Of a DNA stretch of 64,000 bases, positions 1 to 25,656 are shown in pieces. The first letter of the stretch is position 1. Each line of letters starts with the position of its first letter. The translations under genes and the position numbers were made by a program. The notes below the pieces were generated by a model. That model was not told where the DNA came from, ran no database searches, and worked only from the letters and a program-made list of their open reading frames with translations. This DNA is from an uncultured Microthrixaceae bacterium (GTDB lineage: Bacteria > Actinomycetota > Acidimicrobiia > Acidimicrobiales > DATDAH01), in assembly GCA_963823495.1 (NCBI GenBank), contig CAWGLV010000001.1, forward strand, positions 1,283,878 to 1,347,877, read 5' to 3'.

Positions 1-684
1 GGTCCACCCCGTCAGGAGGGTGAGGATCAGGAAGGTGCCGAGCACGGCCCCGATGCCCACCACCAGCGGGAGGAAGGCGGCGACGAGGGATCCGAACACG
101 ATGATCAGGGCGATGAAGGTGATCGGGGCGCTGAGCAGCTCGGCCTTCTGGAGGTCGGCTTCGGACTGCTCGCTGACCTGACGGGTGACCTCACCCCGCC
201 CGGTGACCGCCACCGTGAGGCCGTCCCGCTCCCCGGAGTAGGTCTCCGACAGGTCGCCGGAGATCTCGACGACCTCGGTCTCGTCGCCCTCGAGGGTCGC
301 GAACACCAGGGCCTGGGTCCCGTCCTCGCTGCGCAGCGGCGAGGCCTCGCCCAGGCCGATCGACCAGTGGGAGGTCACCGCCTCGACGTGGGGCTCGGCG
401 GCCAGGTCCTCGCCCAGGGCGACGCCCGCCTCGACGACGGCCGGGTCGTCCACATCGGCGCCGTCGGTGGTCACCACCAGGACCAGATCGGGCGTGCTGG
501 CGGGGAACTGCTCGTCGAGCCGCTCCTGGGCCTGGGTGGACTCGGCGTCGGGGTCGGCGAAGCCGCCCAGGGACAGCTTCTCGGCCACGCCGGCCCCGAA
601 CACCGCGGCGAGCACGACCGCAGCACCGGCGGTGGCGATGACGATCCAGCGGCGCAGGACGACGAAGCGGGCCAAACGTCGCAT
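1..684 (-). CDS. MMPL/RND-superfamily lipid transporter, first 228 codons (3' end runs off the window)
   Basis: My own reverse-strand translation from ATG 684-682: MRRLARFVVLRRWIVIATAGAAVVLAAVFGAGVAEKLSLGGFADPDAES...EADLQKAELLSAPITFIALIIVFGSLVAAFLPLVVGIGAVLGTF. TM1, an extracytoplasmic loop and the start of the TM bundle match MmpL-type proteins. It is missing from the ORF track because it is open at the window edge. Confidence 0.75.
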   Translation of the reverse strand, partial: MRRLARFVVLRRWIVIATAGAAVVLAAVFGAGVAEKLSLGGFADPDAESTQAQERLDEQFPASTPDLVLVVTTDGADVDDPAVVEAGVALGEDLAAEPHVEAVTSHWSIGLGEASPLRSEDGTQALVFATLEGDETEVVEISGDLSETYSGERDGLTVAVTGRGEVTRQVSEQSEADLQKAELLSAPITFIALIIVFGSLVAAFLPLVVGIGAVLGTFLILTLLTGWT

Positions 685-726
685 CGGGCAGACCCTAGGC
701 GCAGCGACCGACTACCTTCGGCGGAC

Positions 727-1149
727 GTGCGCTCCAAGCGGGAACTGACCGAGCTCATCGGGGGTGTGGACCTCTTCTCCCGCTGCACCAGGAGCGAGCT
801 GAAGACCGTCGCCCGTCACATCGAGACCGTGCGCCTCGAGCCAGGGGCCGAGCTGACCCGCCAGGGGGCGGAGGGCGACGCCTTCTTCGTGATCATCGAC
901 GGCACCGCCCGGGTGATCGTGGACGGCGAGGTGGCCGACACCCTCGGTCCGGGGCAGTACTTCGGCGAGCTGGCCCTCCTCGACGGGGCACCGCGGTCGG
1001 CCAGCGTCCACGCGGAGGACGAGGTCGAGGTGGCGGTGCTCGGCGTGCGCATGTTCCGCACCCTGCTGCGGGAGTTCCCCGAGATCAGCATCCAGTTGCT
1101 GGCCGGCCTCACCGGCGCCCTCCGCGAGGCGCGGGCGGCCGTCGACTAG
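727..1149 (+). CDS. stand-alone cyclic-nucleotide-binding (cNMP/CAP effector) domain protein
   Basis: C-terminal part of ORF 367..1149: GVDLFSRCTRSELKTVARHIETVRLEPGAELTRQGAEGDAFFVIIDGTARV...GQYFGELALLDGAPRSASV (FGELAL...RSA motif). An in-frame GTG at 727 is chosen as the start because upstream sequence overlaps the divergent MMPL gene. The start is uncertain. Confidence 0.75.
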   Translation: MRSKRELTELIGGVDLFSRCTRSELKTVARHIETVRLEPGAELTRQGAEGDAFFVIIDGTARVIVDGEVADTLGPGQYFGELALLDGAPRSASVHAEDEVEVAVLGVRMFRTLLREFPEISIQLLAGLTGALREARAAVD

Positions 1150-1202
1150 GGGCGACCCCGAACGGTCCGGAAGCGGGGGTCAGGGGCGGTGGGCGCGCCG
1201 GG

Positions 1203-2870
1203 TCAGCCCCGGCGGGCGGCCCGCCCTGCCGCTCGGCGTTCCCGGAGGACCTCGCCCCGGCAGAACTCGACGGGGTCGAAGTCCGGGGGGTCGGGGGGGA
1301 TGTCGTCGGGCCGGGCCAGGGCCTGGCCCAGCATCATCTCGATCAGCAGCGGGCGGTCGAGGATCTGGCCGGCGGCGTTCACCCCGCCCACCATCGTCCC
1401 CGCGATGCCGTGACCGGCGGTGGTGTTGGCCCCGACCAGCCAGAGGCCGTCGATCTCGGTGCGGTGCTGGGGCCGGCGCTCGCCGCTCTGGTCCGGGGAG
1501 TGCAGGTAGCCGTAGCTGGTCCCGCCGCTGGAGTGGGTGTAGCGCTCCTGGGTGATGGGGGTGGCGGTCTCCAGGTGGACGATGTGGTCCCGGAAGGGGC
1601 CGAGGACCTCCTCGGCGGCCACGAGCAGGCGTGCGGTGAGATCGGCCTTCTGGGCCCGGTAGCGCTCGGTCCGCCGGTAGCGCTCGCCGTGGGCGGGGCC
1701 GTCCTCGAGACCCCAGTAGCCATAGCCGCGGGGGGCCAGGGTCATGATCTGGAAGTTGGTGTGACCGGGCGGGCAGAGGTGGGGGTTGTCGGGGTCCTTG
1801 CGGGAGGCGAGGGCGACGTAGGCGAAGACGCCGTCCGCGGGCAGGTCCCCGTCCTCGAGTCGGTCATAGAAGGCGTCCGTCGCGTAGCTCGGGAAGACGA
1901 AGTAGTTGGTGTTGGGCCGGTCGGTGAGGTCGATGTCCACGACCACGTAGACACAGACCAGGCCGAGGGTCATGGTCGCCTCCTCGACCCAGCGGCGGGT
2001 GGCGGGGTCCCACTGGTCGGCGGCCACCAGCTCGGTCACGGTGCGAGCGTGGTCGACGTTGGAGACGACCACCGGGGCGTGGACCTCGGTCCCGTCGCCG
2101 AGGCGGACGCCCCGGACCCTTCGGCCCTCGACGAGGATCTCCTCGACCGGGGTGAGGGTGCGGACCTCGCCACCGAAGGCCTCGATGACCTGCACGAGGC
2201 GGGCGGGCAGGACCTGCCCGCCGCCCTCGGGGTAGTAGGCGCCGCGCATGTAGTGGTCGATGATCCCGGCGTGCATGGCCACGGCGGTCTGCCGGGGACC
2301 GCCCGCGTAGAGCCCGGACCAGTGGTCCAGCACCGCCGCGGCCCGCTCGGAGAGCTCGCCCTCCTCGAAGAGCTCGCTGAGGGGCCGGAACGCCCAGTGG
2401 TCGAAGGTCGGGGTCTCGGCGCCGGGCATGAGACGGTCCCGGCTCTCGGAGGCCACGCCCTGGAGGACGTCGACCACCCGCTCCAGGCCGGCCCGGTCAT
2501 CGGGGAACGCCGCCGTCAACCGGTCGCGGTACCCATCCCAGGAGGCGGGCACGACGAAGGTCAGGTCGGGGAACCGGAGGGTGTCGAAGCCCCCGGGGTC
2601 GAGGGGCCGGAACCGGAGCCGTTCGCCCACGCCCAGGGCGGCGAAGATCGAGGGGAACAGCCCCCCTGGCCCGCAGTCGCCGATGTAGTGCACGCCGACG
2701 TCGAACTCGTACTCGGTGCCTTCGTGGTGGCGGCGGAAGACCTGGGCGTTGCCTCCGGCCAGGTCGTGGCGCTCCAGGACCAGCACCCGGCGACCGGCAG
2801 CGGCCAGGCAGGCCGCCGCCGTCAGCCCCCCGGGCCCCGAGCCGACCACCACCACGTCGGTGTCCATCAT
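1203..2870 (-). CDS. FAD/NAD(P)-dependent oxidoreductase, phytoene-desaturase (CrtI)-like family
   Basis: ORF 1203..2915. N-terminal dinucleotide fold [37 protein letters not shown]; C-terminal [29 protein letters not shown]. Start placed at MMDTD (2870), preceded by a GGGAGGG Shine-Dalgarno. Confidence 0.85.
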   Translation of the reverse strand: MMDTDVVVVGSGPGGLTAAACLAAAGRRVLVLERHDLAGGNAQVFRRHHEGTEYEFDVGVHYIGDCGPGGLFPSIFAALGVGERLRFRPLDPGGFDTLRFPDLTFVVPASWDGYRDRLTAAFPDDRAGLERVVDVLQGVASESRDRLMPGAETPTFDHWAFRPLSELFEEGELSERAAAVLDHWSGLYAGGPRQTAVAMHAGIIDHYMRGAYYPEGGGQVLPARLVQVIEAFGGEVRTLTPVEEILVEGRRVRGVRLGDGTEVHAPVVVSNVDHARTVTELVAADQWDPATRRWVEEATMTLGLVCVYVVVDIDLTDRPNTNYFVFPSYATDAFYDRLEDGDLPADGVFAYVALASRKDPDNPHLCPPGHTNFQIMTLAPRGYGYWGLEDGPAHGERYRRTERYRAQKADLTARLLVAAEEVLGPFRDHIVHLETATPITQERYTHSSGGTSYGYLHSPDQSGERRPQHRTEIDGLWLVGANTTAGHGIAGTMVGGVNAAGQILDRPLLIEMMLGQALARPDDIPPDPPDFDPVEFCRGEVLRERRAAGRAARRG

Positions 2871-2974
2871 CGCACCCTCCCACGCCCGGGGCAGCCGGTG
2901 AAGGGACCTTTGCACCTGTCCGCCGCCCCTCCACCGTGTGAGAGTGGCCTGATGATTCGCGTACCGATGGCCCC

Positions 2975-4639
2975 ATGAGCACCGGTCTCGACACCGACGC
3001 GCTGGAGATGGTGCTCGACGCCATCGGCATGTTCGCGGCGGGCGAGTTGCCCGAGCGCCGATTGCTCGAGCTCGATGCGGCCGACGAGTTCCCCGAGGAC
3101 GTCGTGCGAGGCATGTGCGGGGAGCAACTCGGCATCTCGCTGCTCTTCATCCCCGAGGAGTTCGGCGGCATGGGCGGAGGGGCATTCGACATCTACCGTG
3201 TCTGTGAGCTCATGGCGTCCGTCGACGTCGGTGTCGCCACCGGCGTGCTGGCCACCTTCCTCGGCTCGGACCCGATCGTCTTCGGCGGCACCGAGGCGCA
3301 ACGAGAGCACTGGCTCACCCGCCTCGCCGAGGAGGGCCTGCTCATGGCCTACGGAGCGACCGAGCCCGAAGCGGGCAGCGATCTCGCCGCCATGAAGACC
3401 ACCGCCGAGCGGGTCGTGGAGGACGGCGCGGTCGTTGCCTATGAGATCACCGGCAACAAGCAGTGGATCTCCAACGGCGGCTATGCCGACCTCTACACGG
3501 TCCTCGCCCTCGCTCCTGACGGGCCCACCTGGTTCATCGTCGACCGGGACACGCCCGGGTTCACCAAGGGCAAGCCCGAGGACAAGCACGGCATCCGAGC
3601 CAGCAACACCGCGGCCCTCTCCCTCCAGGAGGTGCGCGTCGACGCCGACCGGGTCGTCGGCGGCGTCGAGGGGCAGGGACTGGCCCAGGCCCAGGCCGTG
3701 TTCGGTTACACGCGGCTCATGGTCGCCGCCTTCGGTCTCGGTGCCGGTTGGGCCGCGCTGGAACGCGCCGTCCGGTACTCGGCCGAGCGCATCCAGGCCG
3801 GTGGGCCGCTCTCGGAGAAGCAGGGCTTCACCCACAAGCTGATCGTCCCCCACGCCGCTCGCCTCGAGGCGGCCCGGGCCTACATCGAGGAGACCGCCAC
3901 CCGGATCGACGCGGGCGAGGAGCAACTCAACACCGAAGGGGCGATCGCCAAGTACACCGCCACCGAGGCGGGCAATGCCGCCGCCGAGGCGGCCATCCAG
4001 GCCCACGGCGGCTACGGGTACACCAAGGAGTACATGGTCGAGAAGATCAAGCGGGACGTTCGCATCACCACGATCTACGAGGGCACCTCGGAGATCATGG
4101 AGATGACGATCAGCCGGGATCGCTGGCAGCAGCACCTGAAGTCCCGGGGTCGCTACTACCACGACGCCGCCGACGCCCTCGACCTCCTGGCCGCCCGTGC
4201 CCCCGACGTCGGCGCCGAGACCGCGGCCCTGGCCCACCGGGCCCTGGCCGAGGTCATGGAGACCTCACGGATCCACCGCCTCACCCGCAACCAGCACCTG
4301 CTGTTCCGGCTCGGCGAGCTGGTGGCGGCCGTCGAGTGCGCGGCCGCGTTCTGCCGTCGGGCCGCGACCGCGGCCACGGGCCTGCCCGACAAGGCCGACC
4401 CGCGCTTCGCCGCCGAGGAGCTGGCCGCCCTGGCCCGGGTGTTCGCCCGGGAGGCGGCGAGTCGGGTGGCCGAGGAAGGCGTCCGTTGGGTCGTCGGCGC
4501 GGCCGACCCGGCGACCATCGACCTCGCCGCCCTCGAGGCCACCGCCGGGCTCGGCGCCATCCGGGCCGCCCAGGGCGGCCTGTTGGCCGACATGGACGCC
4601 GCGGCCCGGGCCGTCTACGCCCGGGTCGGTGAGGCCTGA
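2975..4639 (+). CDS. acyl-CoA dehydrogenase with ~170-aa C-terminal extension
   Basis: ORF 2975..4639. Motifs [63 protein letters not shown] (catalytic-Glu region). An extra helical Ala/Arg-rich tail follows residue ~385. Confidence 0.9.
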   Translation: MSTGLDTDALEMVLDAIGMFAAGELPERRLLELDAADEFPEDVVRGMCGEQLGISLLFIPEEFGGMGGGAFDIYRVCELMASVDVGVATGVLATFLGSDPIVFGGTEAQREHWLTRLAEEGLLMAYGATEPEAGSDLAAMKTTAERVVEDGAVVAYEITGNKQWISNGGYADLYTVLALAPDGPTWFIVDRDTPGFTKGKPEDKHGIRASNTAALSLQEVRVDADRVVGGVEGQGLAQAQAVFGYTRLMVAAFGLGAGWAALERAVRYSAERIQAGGPLSEKQGFTHKLIVPHAARLEAARAYIEETATRIDAGEEQLNTEGAIAKYTATEAGNAAAEAAIQAHGGYGYTKEYMVEKIKRDVRITTIYEGTSEIMEMTISRDRWQQHLKSRGRYYHDAADALDLLAARAPDVGAETAALAHRALAEVMETSRIHRLTRNQHLLFRLGELVAAVECAAAFCRRAATAATGLPDKADPRFAAEELAALARVFAREAASRVAEEGVRWVVGAADPATIDLAALEATAGLGAIRAAQGGLLADMDAAARAVYARVGEA

Positions 4640-4701
4640 GATGACGGCGCCGCCCATGAAGTCCCGATCCGCCCGCCCCCGTCCCGCTCCCCGAGGTCAC
4701 C

Positions 4702-18520
<13,819 letters not shown>

Positions 18521-18543
<23 letters not shown>

Positions 18544-19303
18544 GCCCAGCGGTGCGCCGCTGGTCCGCTTCCACGCGGCCGGCCAGGCCGACGTCCCGGA
18601 CCACGACGACTGGCTGACCCCGCCGGAGGCGGAGCGGCTCAACGGCATGCGCTACACCAAGCGACGCGACGAGGCCCGCCTCGGCCGGTGGACCGCCAAG
18701 CACGCCGTCGCCCGCGCCCTGGGCCGGCCGCTGGCGTCCGCGGCGCTGGCCGCAGTGGTGATCCGCAACGCCTCGGACGGGGCACCCGAGGTGTTCGTCG
18801 GTGACGAGCCCGCGGGCATCTCCATCTCGATGACCGATCGGGCGGGCTGGGGCGTGTGCACCGTGGCCACCGGAGCGGGAGCGCTGGGGTGTGATCTCGA
18901 GCTCGTCGAGCCTCGGACCGAGCGGTTCGTCGCCGACTACTTCACCCCGGCGGAGCGGGCACTGGTCGCCGCCGCGCCCGGAGACCACGCGCTGCTGGCC
19001 AACCTCATCTGGTCGGCCAAGGAGAGCGCCCTCAAGGTGCTGCGCGAGGGGCTCCGTCTGGACACCCGCTCCGTCGAAGTCGAGCTCCGGGACGAGCCCG
19101 GACCGGGCTGGCGGCGGCTGGCGGTCTCCACCACCGCGGGCCGGCGGTTCCCCGGCTGGTGGCGGCGCTTCGATGACTTCGTGATGACGGCGTGTGCCGA
19201 GGTCGCGACCGGCGCCCCCCTGGCCCTGGACACCCCGTCTCCTCTGGAGAGCGCGGTACCAGCCCACACCTGGATGGCCCAACCGGTCCGCCGCACTCGG
19301 TAG
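18521..19303 (+). CDS. Sfp-type 4'-phosphopantetheinyl transferase
   Basis: ORF 18155..19303. WLTPPEAERLNGMRYTKRRDEARLGRWTAKHAVARAL; ISISMTDRAGWGVC; GCDLELVE; WSAKESALKVLREGL. An in-frame GTG at 18521 overlaps the carboxylase stop (18541-18543). Confidence 0.85.
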
Positions 19304-19381
19304 CCGTCGGCGCTGGAGGGCGGCGGCCGGAAGGGACCTTCGCACCTGCCCACGACGGCTCACCGGTGCCAGAGTGGGGAG

Positions 19382-19750
19382 ATGAGCAGCAACAGGGGTG
19401 CGGCGAGGCTCGGGGTCGTCTTGGCCGCCCTCGGGTTCACCGTGGCCCTGATCGTGGTCGCCGTCGTGGCCTCCGGCGGCGACGAAGGCGGGGAAGCCCC
19501 GGACACCCAGGAGACCCTCACGGCCGTCGAGGTGTTCCTGGAGGGCGAGGGGATCGAGAACTATGACCTGGCCACCCTCGACCTGGCCGTCGAGGCCATG
19601 AACGATTCCTGCGCCAACGACGACACGGTCGGGTTCCAGCTCACCTACGCCCTGACCCTCCAGGGCGCCGGCAGCGACGACGACCTGGCCCGAGCCGTCG
19701 TGGAGGCCATCTGCCCGGAGCGACTGGACGAGCTCGACGGGACGCCCTGA
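19382..19750 (+). CDS. hypothetical protein with N-terminal signal/anchor helix
   Basis: ORF 19382..19750. AARLGVVLAALGFTVALIVVAVVASGG followed by an acidic soluble domain with two Cys. No family recognised. Confidence 0.5.
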   Translation: MSSNRGAARLGVVLAALGFTVALIVVAVVASGGDEGGEAPDTQETLTAVEVFLEGEGIENYDLATLDLAVEAMNDSCANDDTVGFQLTYALTLQGAGSDDDLARAVVEAICPERLDELDGTP

Positions 19751-19856
19751 GGGGCGCCCCCGGCCGGCCCGACGGCCGTTGTCGTGACCTTCGACCCTGG
19801 CCCGGGACGCCGATTCGGCGGACGATCGTCGTCATCGAGTCGTCTCGGGCACGGAG

Positions 19857-20066
19857 GTGCTGATCGTGCAGGCTGAAGTGGGTGATCGCATCGTGATCCG
19901 GGGTCACCACGTCGGTGAACCCGATCGGGACTGCAGGATCGTCGAGGTCCAGGGGGAGGACGGAGGTCCTCCCTACCTCGTCGAGTGGGCCGAGGACGGC
20001 CACGAGAGCCTGTTCTTCCCCGGCTCCGACGCCGAGGTGGAACACCATCCGCAGGCGTCGGGCTGA
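19857..20066 (+). CDS. DUF1918-like small protein
   Basis: QAEVGDRIVIRGHHVGEPDRDCRIVEVQGEDGGPPYLVEWAEDGHESLFFPGSDAEV matches the DUF1918 pattern as I remember it. The start could instead be GTG 19866. Confidence 0.65.
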   Translation: MLIVQAEVGDRIVIRGHHVGEPDRDCRIVEVQGEDGGPPYLVEWAEDGHESLFFPGSDAEVEHHPQASG

Positions 20067-20093
20067 GCCGGCTCGGCGGGAGAGGAGGGCCCC

Positions 20094-20540
20094 ATGCGGG
20101 TCATAGACGCGGTTCGTCGATCCGGACTGGGGGTGGCGCCCGACCGGACGATCACCGAAGCGGCGGTGATCATGGACAAGGCCGGGGTCGGGTCGCTCGC
20201 GGTGATCGACGGCGAGGAGTTGGTCGGGATCGTCACCGATCGTGACCTGGTGCGGCGGGCGATGGCCGGCCGCCTCTCGAGCGAGGCCCGGATCGACGCG
20301 GTGATGAGCACACCGGTGGTGACCATCGACGCCGAGGCCGACCTGCACGGGGCCTTCGCGCTGTTCCGGCGGCACGCGGTGCGCCGGCTGGCCATCGTGC
20401 GCGAGGGCCGCTTCGTCGGGATGATCACGATCGACGACCTGCTCATCGATCTCGCGGCCGATCTCGCCGATCTGGCCCGGCCGATCACCGCCGAGGTCCT
20501 CTTCGCCCATCGGGACAGCCCGGTCCCCGCCGTTCCCTGA
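20094..20540 (+). CDS. CBS-pair domain protein
   Basis: Two CBS repeats: ITEAAVIMDKAGVGSLAVIDGEELVGIVTDRDLV and LHGAFALFRRHAVRRLAIVREGRFVGMITIDDLL. Confidence 0.85.
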   Translation: MRVIDAVRRSGLGVAPDRTITEAAVIMDKAGVGSLAVIDGEELVGIVTDRDLVRRAMAGRLSSEARIDAVMSTPVVTIDAEADLHGAFALFRRHAVRRLAIVREGRFVGMITIDDLLIDLAADLADLARPITAEVLFAHRDSPVPAVP

Positions 20541-20675
20541 GCGAGCCGGTCCGCCGGCCCCGACGGGCATCGCCCCCGTGGTCGCATTGCCCACCCCGTC
20601 GGTGTCTGCAAGTATCCATTCCCGTCGCCTTGCGACCGATCCGGGTCCCTCCCGGATCGAGGGGAACACCGGGGG

Positions 20676-20957
20676 GTGTCATTGACGATGGCCGTGGAGT
20701 CCAGTGGTCACAGCCGGGGCAACCCCCGCCTGTACGAGGTCATCGAGGGCACGCCCAAGACCGGCTCCAGCCCGACCGTCTGGGCGTGGCCCGAGCTGAT
20801 CGACTACCTGAAGGTCGCCGGCCAACCGGTCCAGGGGCCGTGGCCCCCGCACCAGGAGCCCCGTCCGGACCCCTCCGAGGACACCCTGCCCGTCGCCGTG
20901 CCCGACCCACAGTCGACCCGACCCGATCCGGGGGCACCGACCCCCGCCGGGCCGTAG
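20676..20957 (+). CDS. hypothetical protein with Pro-rich tail, directly upstream of coxM
   Basis: ORF 20676..20957. High third-position GC and a 15-nt gap to coxM. No motif recognised. It could be a shadow ORF. Confidence 0.35.
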   Translation: MSLTMAVESSGHSRGNPRLYEVIEGTPKTGSSPTVWAWPELIDYLKVAGQPVQGPWPPHQEPRPDPSEDTLPVAVPDPQSTRPDPGAPTPAGP

Positions 20958-20972
20958 GCCGGGAGGTCCGCC

Positions 20973-21848
20973 GTGTACCCGTCCCGCTTCGGCTACGAGG
21001 CCCCGACCGACATCGACACGGCCATCGGCCTGCTCGCCGACGGCCAGGGGGAGGCCAAGGTGCTGGCCGGCGGCCAGAGCCTGGTGCCCATGTTGAAGCT
21101 CCGGTTCGCCTCCCCCGACCTCCTCGTCGACATCAACGGCCTCCCCGGCCTCGACCACCTCCGGGTGGAGGACGACGGCTCGATCCGCATCGGGGCGCTC
21201 TGCCGCCACGCCGACCTGGAGCGCTCCCCGCTCCTCGCGGCCAAGCAGCCGACCATGGCCGCGGTCGCGCCCCTGGTGGCCGACCCGCTGGTGCGCACCC
21301 GGGGCACCCTCGTCGGCTCGCTCTGTCACGCCGATCCCCAGGGCGACTGGGCGTCGGTCGTCACCGCCCTCGACGGCCACGTCGTGGCCCAGGGCGCCGA
21401 GGGTCGGCGGACCATCGCCATCAAGGACTTCGTGAGCGGGCCGTTCCAGACCACCCTCAGCCACGACGAGATCGCCGTCGAGGCGGTCATCCCGGCGCCG
21501 GTCAACACCCCCGCGGGCGGCTACCTGAAGCTGGAGCGCCGCGTCGGCGACTTCGCCACCGCGGGTGTGGCCGTGGCCCTGGAGACCTCGGGCGCCACGG
21601 TGAGCAAGGCCGGGATCGCCCTCACCGGCGTCGGGGGCTCCACCATCGACGCGGCCGCCGCCGCCGAGTCCCTGGTCGGCGGGCCCCTGACCGCGGCGAG
21701 CATCGAACGAGCCGCGGACCTCGCGGCCGAGGCGGCCCGACCCAACAGCGACCACCGCGGCAGCGCCGAGTACAAGCGCCACATCGTGCACACCTTCGTG
21801 GTCCGCCTGCTGGGGCGCATCGTCGAGTCCGAAGAGAAGGCGGCGTGA
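20973..21848 (+). CDS. coxM: CO dehydrogenase medium (FAD-binding) subunit
   Basis: [43 protein letters not shown]...[11 protein letters not shown], the molybdopterin-dehydrogenase FAD-binding family. First gene of the M-S-L order. Confidence 0.9.
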   Translation: MYPSRFGYEAPTDIDTAIGLLADGQGEAKVLAGGQSLVPMLKLRFASPDLLVDINGLPGLDHLRVEDDGSIRIGALCRHADLERSPLLAAKQPTMAAVAPLVADPLVRTRGTLVGSLCHADPQGDWASVVTALDGHVVAQGAEGRRTIAIKDFVSGPFQTTLSHDEIAVEAVIPAPVNTPAGGYLKLERRVGDFATAGVAVALETSGATVSKAGIALTGVGGSTIDAAAAAESLVGGPLTAASIERAADLAAEAARPNSDHRGSAEYKRHIVHTFVVRLLGRIVESEEKAA

Positions 21849-21849
21849 C

Positions 21850-22401
21850 ATGACCAGCCTGTTCACCGAGGTCAGCCCGGAACCCGGGTCCGGGGTGGTG
21901 ACCCGACGGGTCACCCTCACCGTCAACGGGGAGCGCCGGGCGGCCGACATCGAGCCCCGTCTCCTGCTGGCGCACCTCCTGCGTCAGGGCTTCGGGCTCA
22001 CCGGTACCCACACCGGCTGTGACACCACCAACTGCGGCGCCTGCACGGTCCTCTACGACGGACAGCCGGTGAAGAGCTGCACGATGCTCGCCGTCCAGGC
22101 CGACGGCCACGACGTCAGGACCGTCGAGGGCCTGGCCACGGCCAGCGAGCTGCACCCGGTACAGGAGGGCTTCAAGCAGGAGCACGGGCTCCAGTGCGGG
22201 TTCTGCACGCCGGGGATGATGATGGCGGCGACCGCCCTGCTGGCCGAGAACCCGGACCCGACCGAGGACGAGGTGCGTTGGGCCCTGTCGGGGAACCTCT
22301 GTCGCTGCACGGGCTACCAGAACATCGTCAAGGCCGTCCTGTGGGCGGCCGCCAAGTTGCGGGGCGAAGCGGTCGAGACCGAGGACGGGAGCGTGCCATG
22401 A
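21850..22401 (+). CDS. coxS: CO dehydrogenase small ([2Fe-2S]x2) subunit
   Basis: [12 protein letters not shown] and [11 protein letters not shown]...CRCTGYQNI cysteine motifs. The stop overlaps the coxL ATG (ATGA at 22398-22401). Confidence 0.92.
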   Translation: MTSLFTEVSPEPGSGVVTRRVTLTVNGERRAADIEPRLLLAHLLRQGFGLTGTHTGCDTTNCGACTVLYDGQPVKSCTMLAVQADGHDVRTVEGLATASELHPVQEGFKQEHGLQCGFCTPGMMMAATALLAENPDPTEDEVRWALSGNLCRCTGYQNIVKAVLWAAAKLRGEAVETEDGSVP

Positions 22402-24782
22402 CGGCCGTCGACGAGATCAAGATCGGGGGCATGGGCGCCAACCGGCGTCGCGTCGAGGACGATCGCTTCATCCGGGGCCGGGGCAACTACGTCGATGACA
22501 TCGTGCTACCCGGGATGCTCCACATGGAGATCCTGCGCAGCCCCTTGGCCCATGCCCGCATCACCTCGATCGACACCAGCAGGGCCTGGGAGATCCCCGG
22601 GGTCCGCCTGGTCCTGACCGGCGAGATGATGGCCAGCCGCAACCTGGCCTGGATGCCCACGCTCTCCTATGACACCCAGGCGGTCCTCGCCACCGACAAG
22701 GTCCGGTTCCAGGGCCAGGAGGTCGCCGCGGTCGTCGCCGACGACCCGTACATCGCCAAGGACGCCTGCGAGGCCATCGTCGTCGAGTACGAGCCCCTCC
22801 CGCCCATCGTCAACCCCACCCAGGCGTTGGCCGAGGGTGCCCCGGTCATCCGGGACGACAAGGAGAACCAGCACGACAACGTGACCTTCGACTGGGAGGT
22901 CGGCGATCGGGACGGTACCGACCGGGCCTTCGCCGACGCCGACGTGGTCTCCAGGATCGCGATGCACTACCCGCGCTCGCACCCGTCGCCGATCGAGTGC
23001 TGCGGGTCGATCGCCGACTTCGACCGGTCGACCTCGAAGCTCACCGTCTACATGACCTCGCAGGCGCCCCACATCATCCGGGCCGCCGTGGCGCTCGTGG
23101 CCGAGCTGCCCGAGCACATGATCCGGGTGATCTCGCCCGACCTGGGCGGGGGCTTCGGCAACAAGGTGCCGGTGTATCCCGGCTACGTCATCTCGATCCT
23201 GGCCTCGATCCTGCTGGAACAGCCGGTGAAGTGGATCGAGGACAAGACCGGCAACCTCATCTCGACCGGGTTCGGCCGTGACGTCTACCTCGAGGGCGAG
23301 CTGGCCCTGCGCCAGGACGGCCGGATCCTCGGCGTGCGGATGAACACCCTCTCGGACCACGGGGCCTTCTTCTCCGATGCCCAGCCCAGCAAGTTCAAGA
23401 TCGGGCTGATGCACTCGGCCTTCGCCTGTTATGACATCCCGGCCGCCCACCTCACCGCCCGCGGCGTCTACACGAACAAGGCACCGGGTGGGGTGGCCTA
23501 CCGGTGCTCCTTCCGGGTCACCGAGGCCATGTACTTCCAGGAGCGCATGGTCCAGGCCGCGGCGGACGACCTCGGGATGGACCAGGCCGCGTTCCGCCGG
23601 GTCAACCTCGTCCGCGACGACGACTTCCCGCACCGAACGGCCTTCGGCTTCCTCACCGACTCGGGCCAGTACGCCAAGTGCCTCGACATCGGGCTGGCGG
23701 CCATCGACTACGAGGGCTTCCTGAAGCGCAAGGAGGAGGCCAAGGCCAAGGGCCGCCTCCTGGGCATCGGCATCTCGACCATGACCGAGCCGCTCGGCGC
23801 CGGCAACAGCCGGGAGTACGACATCCTCGGCATCAAGATGTTCGACTCGGCCGAGCTGCGGGTCCACATGACCGGCAAGGCGATCCTGCGCACCGGGGCC
23901 AAGACCCAGGGCCAGGGCCATGAGACGACCTGGGCCCAGATCGTCGCCCACGAGCTGGGGATCCCCGCCGAGGACATCACCGTGGAGGAGGGCGACACCG
24001 ACACCGCGCCGTTCGGCATGGGCACCTACGCCTCCCGCAGCACCCCCGTGGCGGGGGCCGCGGTGGCCATGGTGTCCCGCAAGATCAAGGCCAAGGCCCG
24101 CAAGCTGGCCGCCCACCTGCTCGAGGTCTCCGAGGAGGACGTCGAGTGGGAGCTGGGCCGCTTCTACGTGCGCAGCGCCCCCGACCAGGGCGTGACCATC
24201 CAGGAGTGCGCCATGGCGGCCTACAGCAACATGCCCGACGGCATGGAGCCGGGCCTCGAGAACAACGCCTACTACGACCCGCCCAACCTCACCTGGCCCT
24301 TCGCCTGCTACATCGCCACCGTCGAGGTGGACCCGGGCACCGGGGTCTGGGACGTGCTCGACGTCGTCGCCGTGGACGACTGCGGGGTGCGCATCAACCC
24401 GATGATCGTCGAGGGCCAGATCATGGGCGGGCTGACCGAGGCCTACGCCATGTCCAGCATGCAGTTCATCACCTTCGACGCCGAGGGCAACTGCATCGGG
24501 TCCAACTACATGGACTACCTCCTGCCGACGGCGTGGGAGACCCCCGGGTTCCAGCTCCACGAGGTCGTCACCCCCTGTCCGCACCACCCCATCGGGGCCA
24601 AGGGCATCGGCGAGTGCGCCACGGTCGGCGGTCCGGCGGCCTTCGTCAACGCGGTGATGGACGCGCTGAAGGGCTCCGGGGTGCGCAACATCGACATGCC
24701 CCTGCTGCCCGACCGGGTGTACGCCGCCCTTCAGGACGGCCAGGACGTCTCCGGCGCCCCGCCGGTGAGGACGGAGCCGTGA
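22398..24782 (+). CDS. coxL: form I Mo-Cu CO dehydrogenase large subunit
   Basis: Inner part of ORF 22194..24782, starting [34 protein letters not shown]. Contains the form-I active-site signature VAYRCSFR (23493-23516; Cys codon 23505-23507). Confidence 0.92.
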   Translation: MTAVDEIKIGGMGANRRRVEDDRFIRGRGNYVDDIVLPGMLHMEILRSPLAHARITSIDTSRAWEIPGVRLVLTGEMMASRNLAWMPTLSYDTQAVLATDKVRFQGQEVAAVVADDPYIAKDACEAIVVEYEPLPPIVNPTQALAEGAPVIRDDKENQHDNVTFDWEVGDRDGTDRAFADADVVSRIAMHYPRSHPSPIECCGSIADFDRSTSKLTVYMTSQAPHIIRAAVALVAELPEHMIRVISPDLGGGFGNKVPVYPGYVISILASILLEQPVKWIEDKTGNLISTGFGRDVYLEGELALRQDGRILGVRMNTLSDHGAFFSDAQPSKFKIGLMHSAFACYDIPAAHLTARGVYTNKAPGGVAYRCSFRVTEAMYFQERMVQAAADDLGMDQAAFRRVNLVRDDDFPHRTAFGFLTDSGQYAKCLDIGLAAIDYEGFLKRKEEAKAKGRLLGIGISTMTEPLGAGNSREYDILGIKMFDSAELRVHMTGKAILRTGAKTQGQGHETTWAQIVAHELGIPAEDITVEEGDTDTAPFGMGTYASRSTPVAGAAVAMVSRKIKAKARKLAAHLLEVSEEDVEWELGRFYVRSAPDQGVTIQECAMAAYSNMPDGMEPGLENNAYYDPPNLTWPFACYIATVEVDPGTGVWDVLDVVAVDDCGVRINPMIVEGQIMGGLTEAYAMSSMQFITFDAEGNCIGSNYMDYLLPTAWETPGFQLHEVVTPCPHHPIGAKGIGECATVGGPAAFVNAVMDALKGSGVRNIDMPLLPDRVYAALQDGQDVSGAPPVRTEP

Positions 24783-24792
24783 GGGAGGCCCG

Positions 24793-25377
24793 ATGCTGAT
24801 CACGACCGACTTCGAGGTCGGCCAGCCGGTCGACGCGGTCTGGGCGTTCTTCGACGACATCCCCCAGGTGGCGGCCTGCCTCCCCGGGGCGGAGCTGACC
24901 GAGGCGATCGGCCCCGACGCGTACCACGGCGCGGTCGCCATCCGCATGGGCCCGGTGAAGCTGCAGTTCGCGGGCACGGCGACGATCACCGAGCGCGACG
25001 ACGAGGCCAAGCGGCTCGTGGTCGACGCCGCCGGCGCGGACGAGAAGGGTCGGGGCCAGGCCGCCATGTTGCTGACCGCCGTGTTGTCGGCGGCGGGCGG
25101 CGGCACCCGGGTCGAGGTGACCCAGGACCTCCAGCTCTCCGGCGCCGCGGCCCAGTACGGGCGGGGCATGGTCAGCGACGTCACCGCCGTGCTGATGCGG
25201 GACTTCGCCGGCAACCTGCACGACCGGATGACCGCCCTCCAACAGGGCCGTTCCGCCGACGAGATCGCCGCCGCCGCTCCCGCCGGCGGGTTCTCCATCG
25301 GGCTGGCCGCCCTGCGCCTGGCCCTGGCCCGGGTCTTCCGGCGCTTCTTCCTGCCCTACCGACCGAGCCCGAGCTGA
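24793..25377 (+). CDS. coxG: CoxG-like SRPBCC protein with hydrophobic C-terminus
   Basis: FEVGQPVDAVWAFFDDIPQVAACLPGAE...GTRVEVTQDLQLSGAAAQYGRGMVSDV. It sits right after coxL. The tail GGFSIGLAALRLALARVFRRFF looks membrane-active. Confidence 0.78.
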   Translation: MLITTDFEVGQPVDAVWAFFDDIPQVAACLPGAELTEAIGPDAYHGAVAIRMGPVKLQFAGTATITERDDEAKRLVVDAAGADEKGRGQAAMLLTAVLSAAGGGTRVEVTQDLQLSGAAAQYGRGMVSDVTAVLMRDFAGNLHDRMTALQQGRSADEIAAAAPAGGFSIGLAALRLALARVFRRFFLPYRPSPS

Positions 25378-25389
25378 GGAGGACGACCG

Positions 25390-25656
25390 ATGACGCTCTG
25401 GTGGATCGGCAACGCCGTGCTGTTGCTGGTGATCGTCCCCGTGCTGGTGGCCCTGCTCAACCGGGTGCTGGCCGCCCTCGAACGCATCCGCGGGGCCTCC
25501 GACGACATCCTGGCCGGCGGTGTCGCCCTCGTGGGCGAGCTGGATGCGGCCCCCGACCTGTTGGCCACGACCGACCGGACCATCCACGACGTCTCGGTCG
25601 GCGCGGTGCGCTACGCCGGCTCCGTGGCCAAGCTGCTGCCCCCGAAGGAGGCGTGA
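25390..25656 (+). CDS. small single-pass membrane protein 1 of 5 (88 aa)
   Basis: MTLWWIGNAVLLLVIVPVLVALLNRVL followed by a helical tail. Lies 12 nt after coxG. Its stop shares a base with the next ATG (TGATG, 25654-25658). Confidence 0.6.
   Translation: MTLWWIGNAVLLLVIVPVLVALLNRVLAALERIRGASDDILAGGVALVGELDAAPDLLATTDRTIHDVSVGAVRYAGSVAKLLPPKEA

Noticed and set aside
1150-1202. GACCCCG...CGGGGGTC imperfect inverted repeat between convergent genes.
   Set aside because: The stem is imperfect and short. It is a plausible terminator but not strong enough to list.
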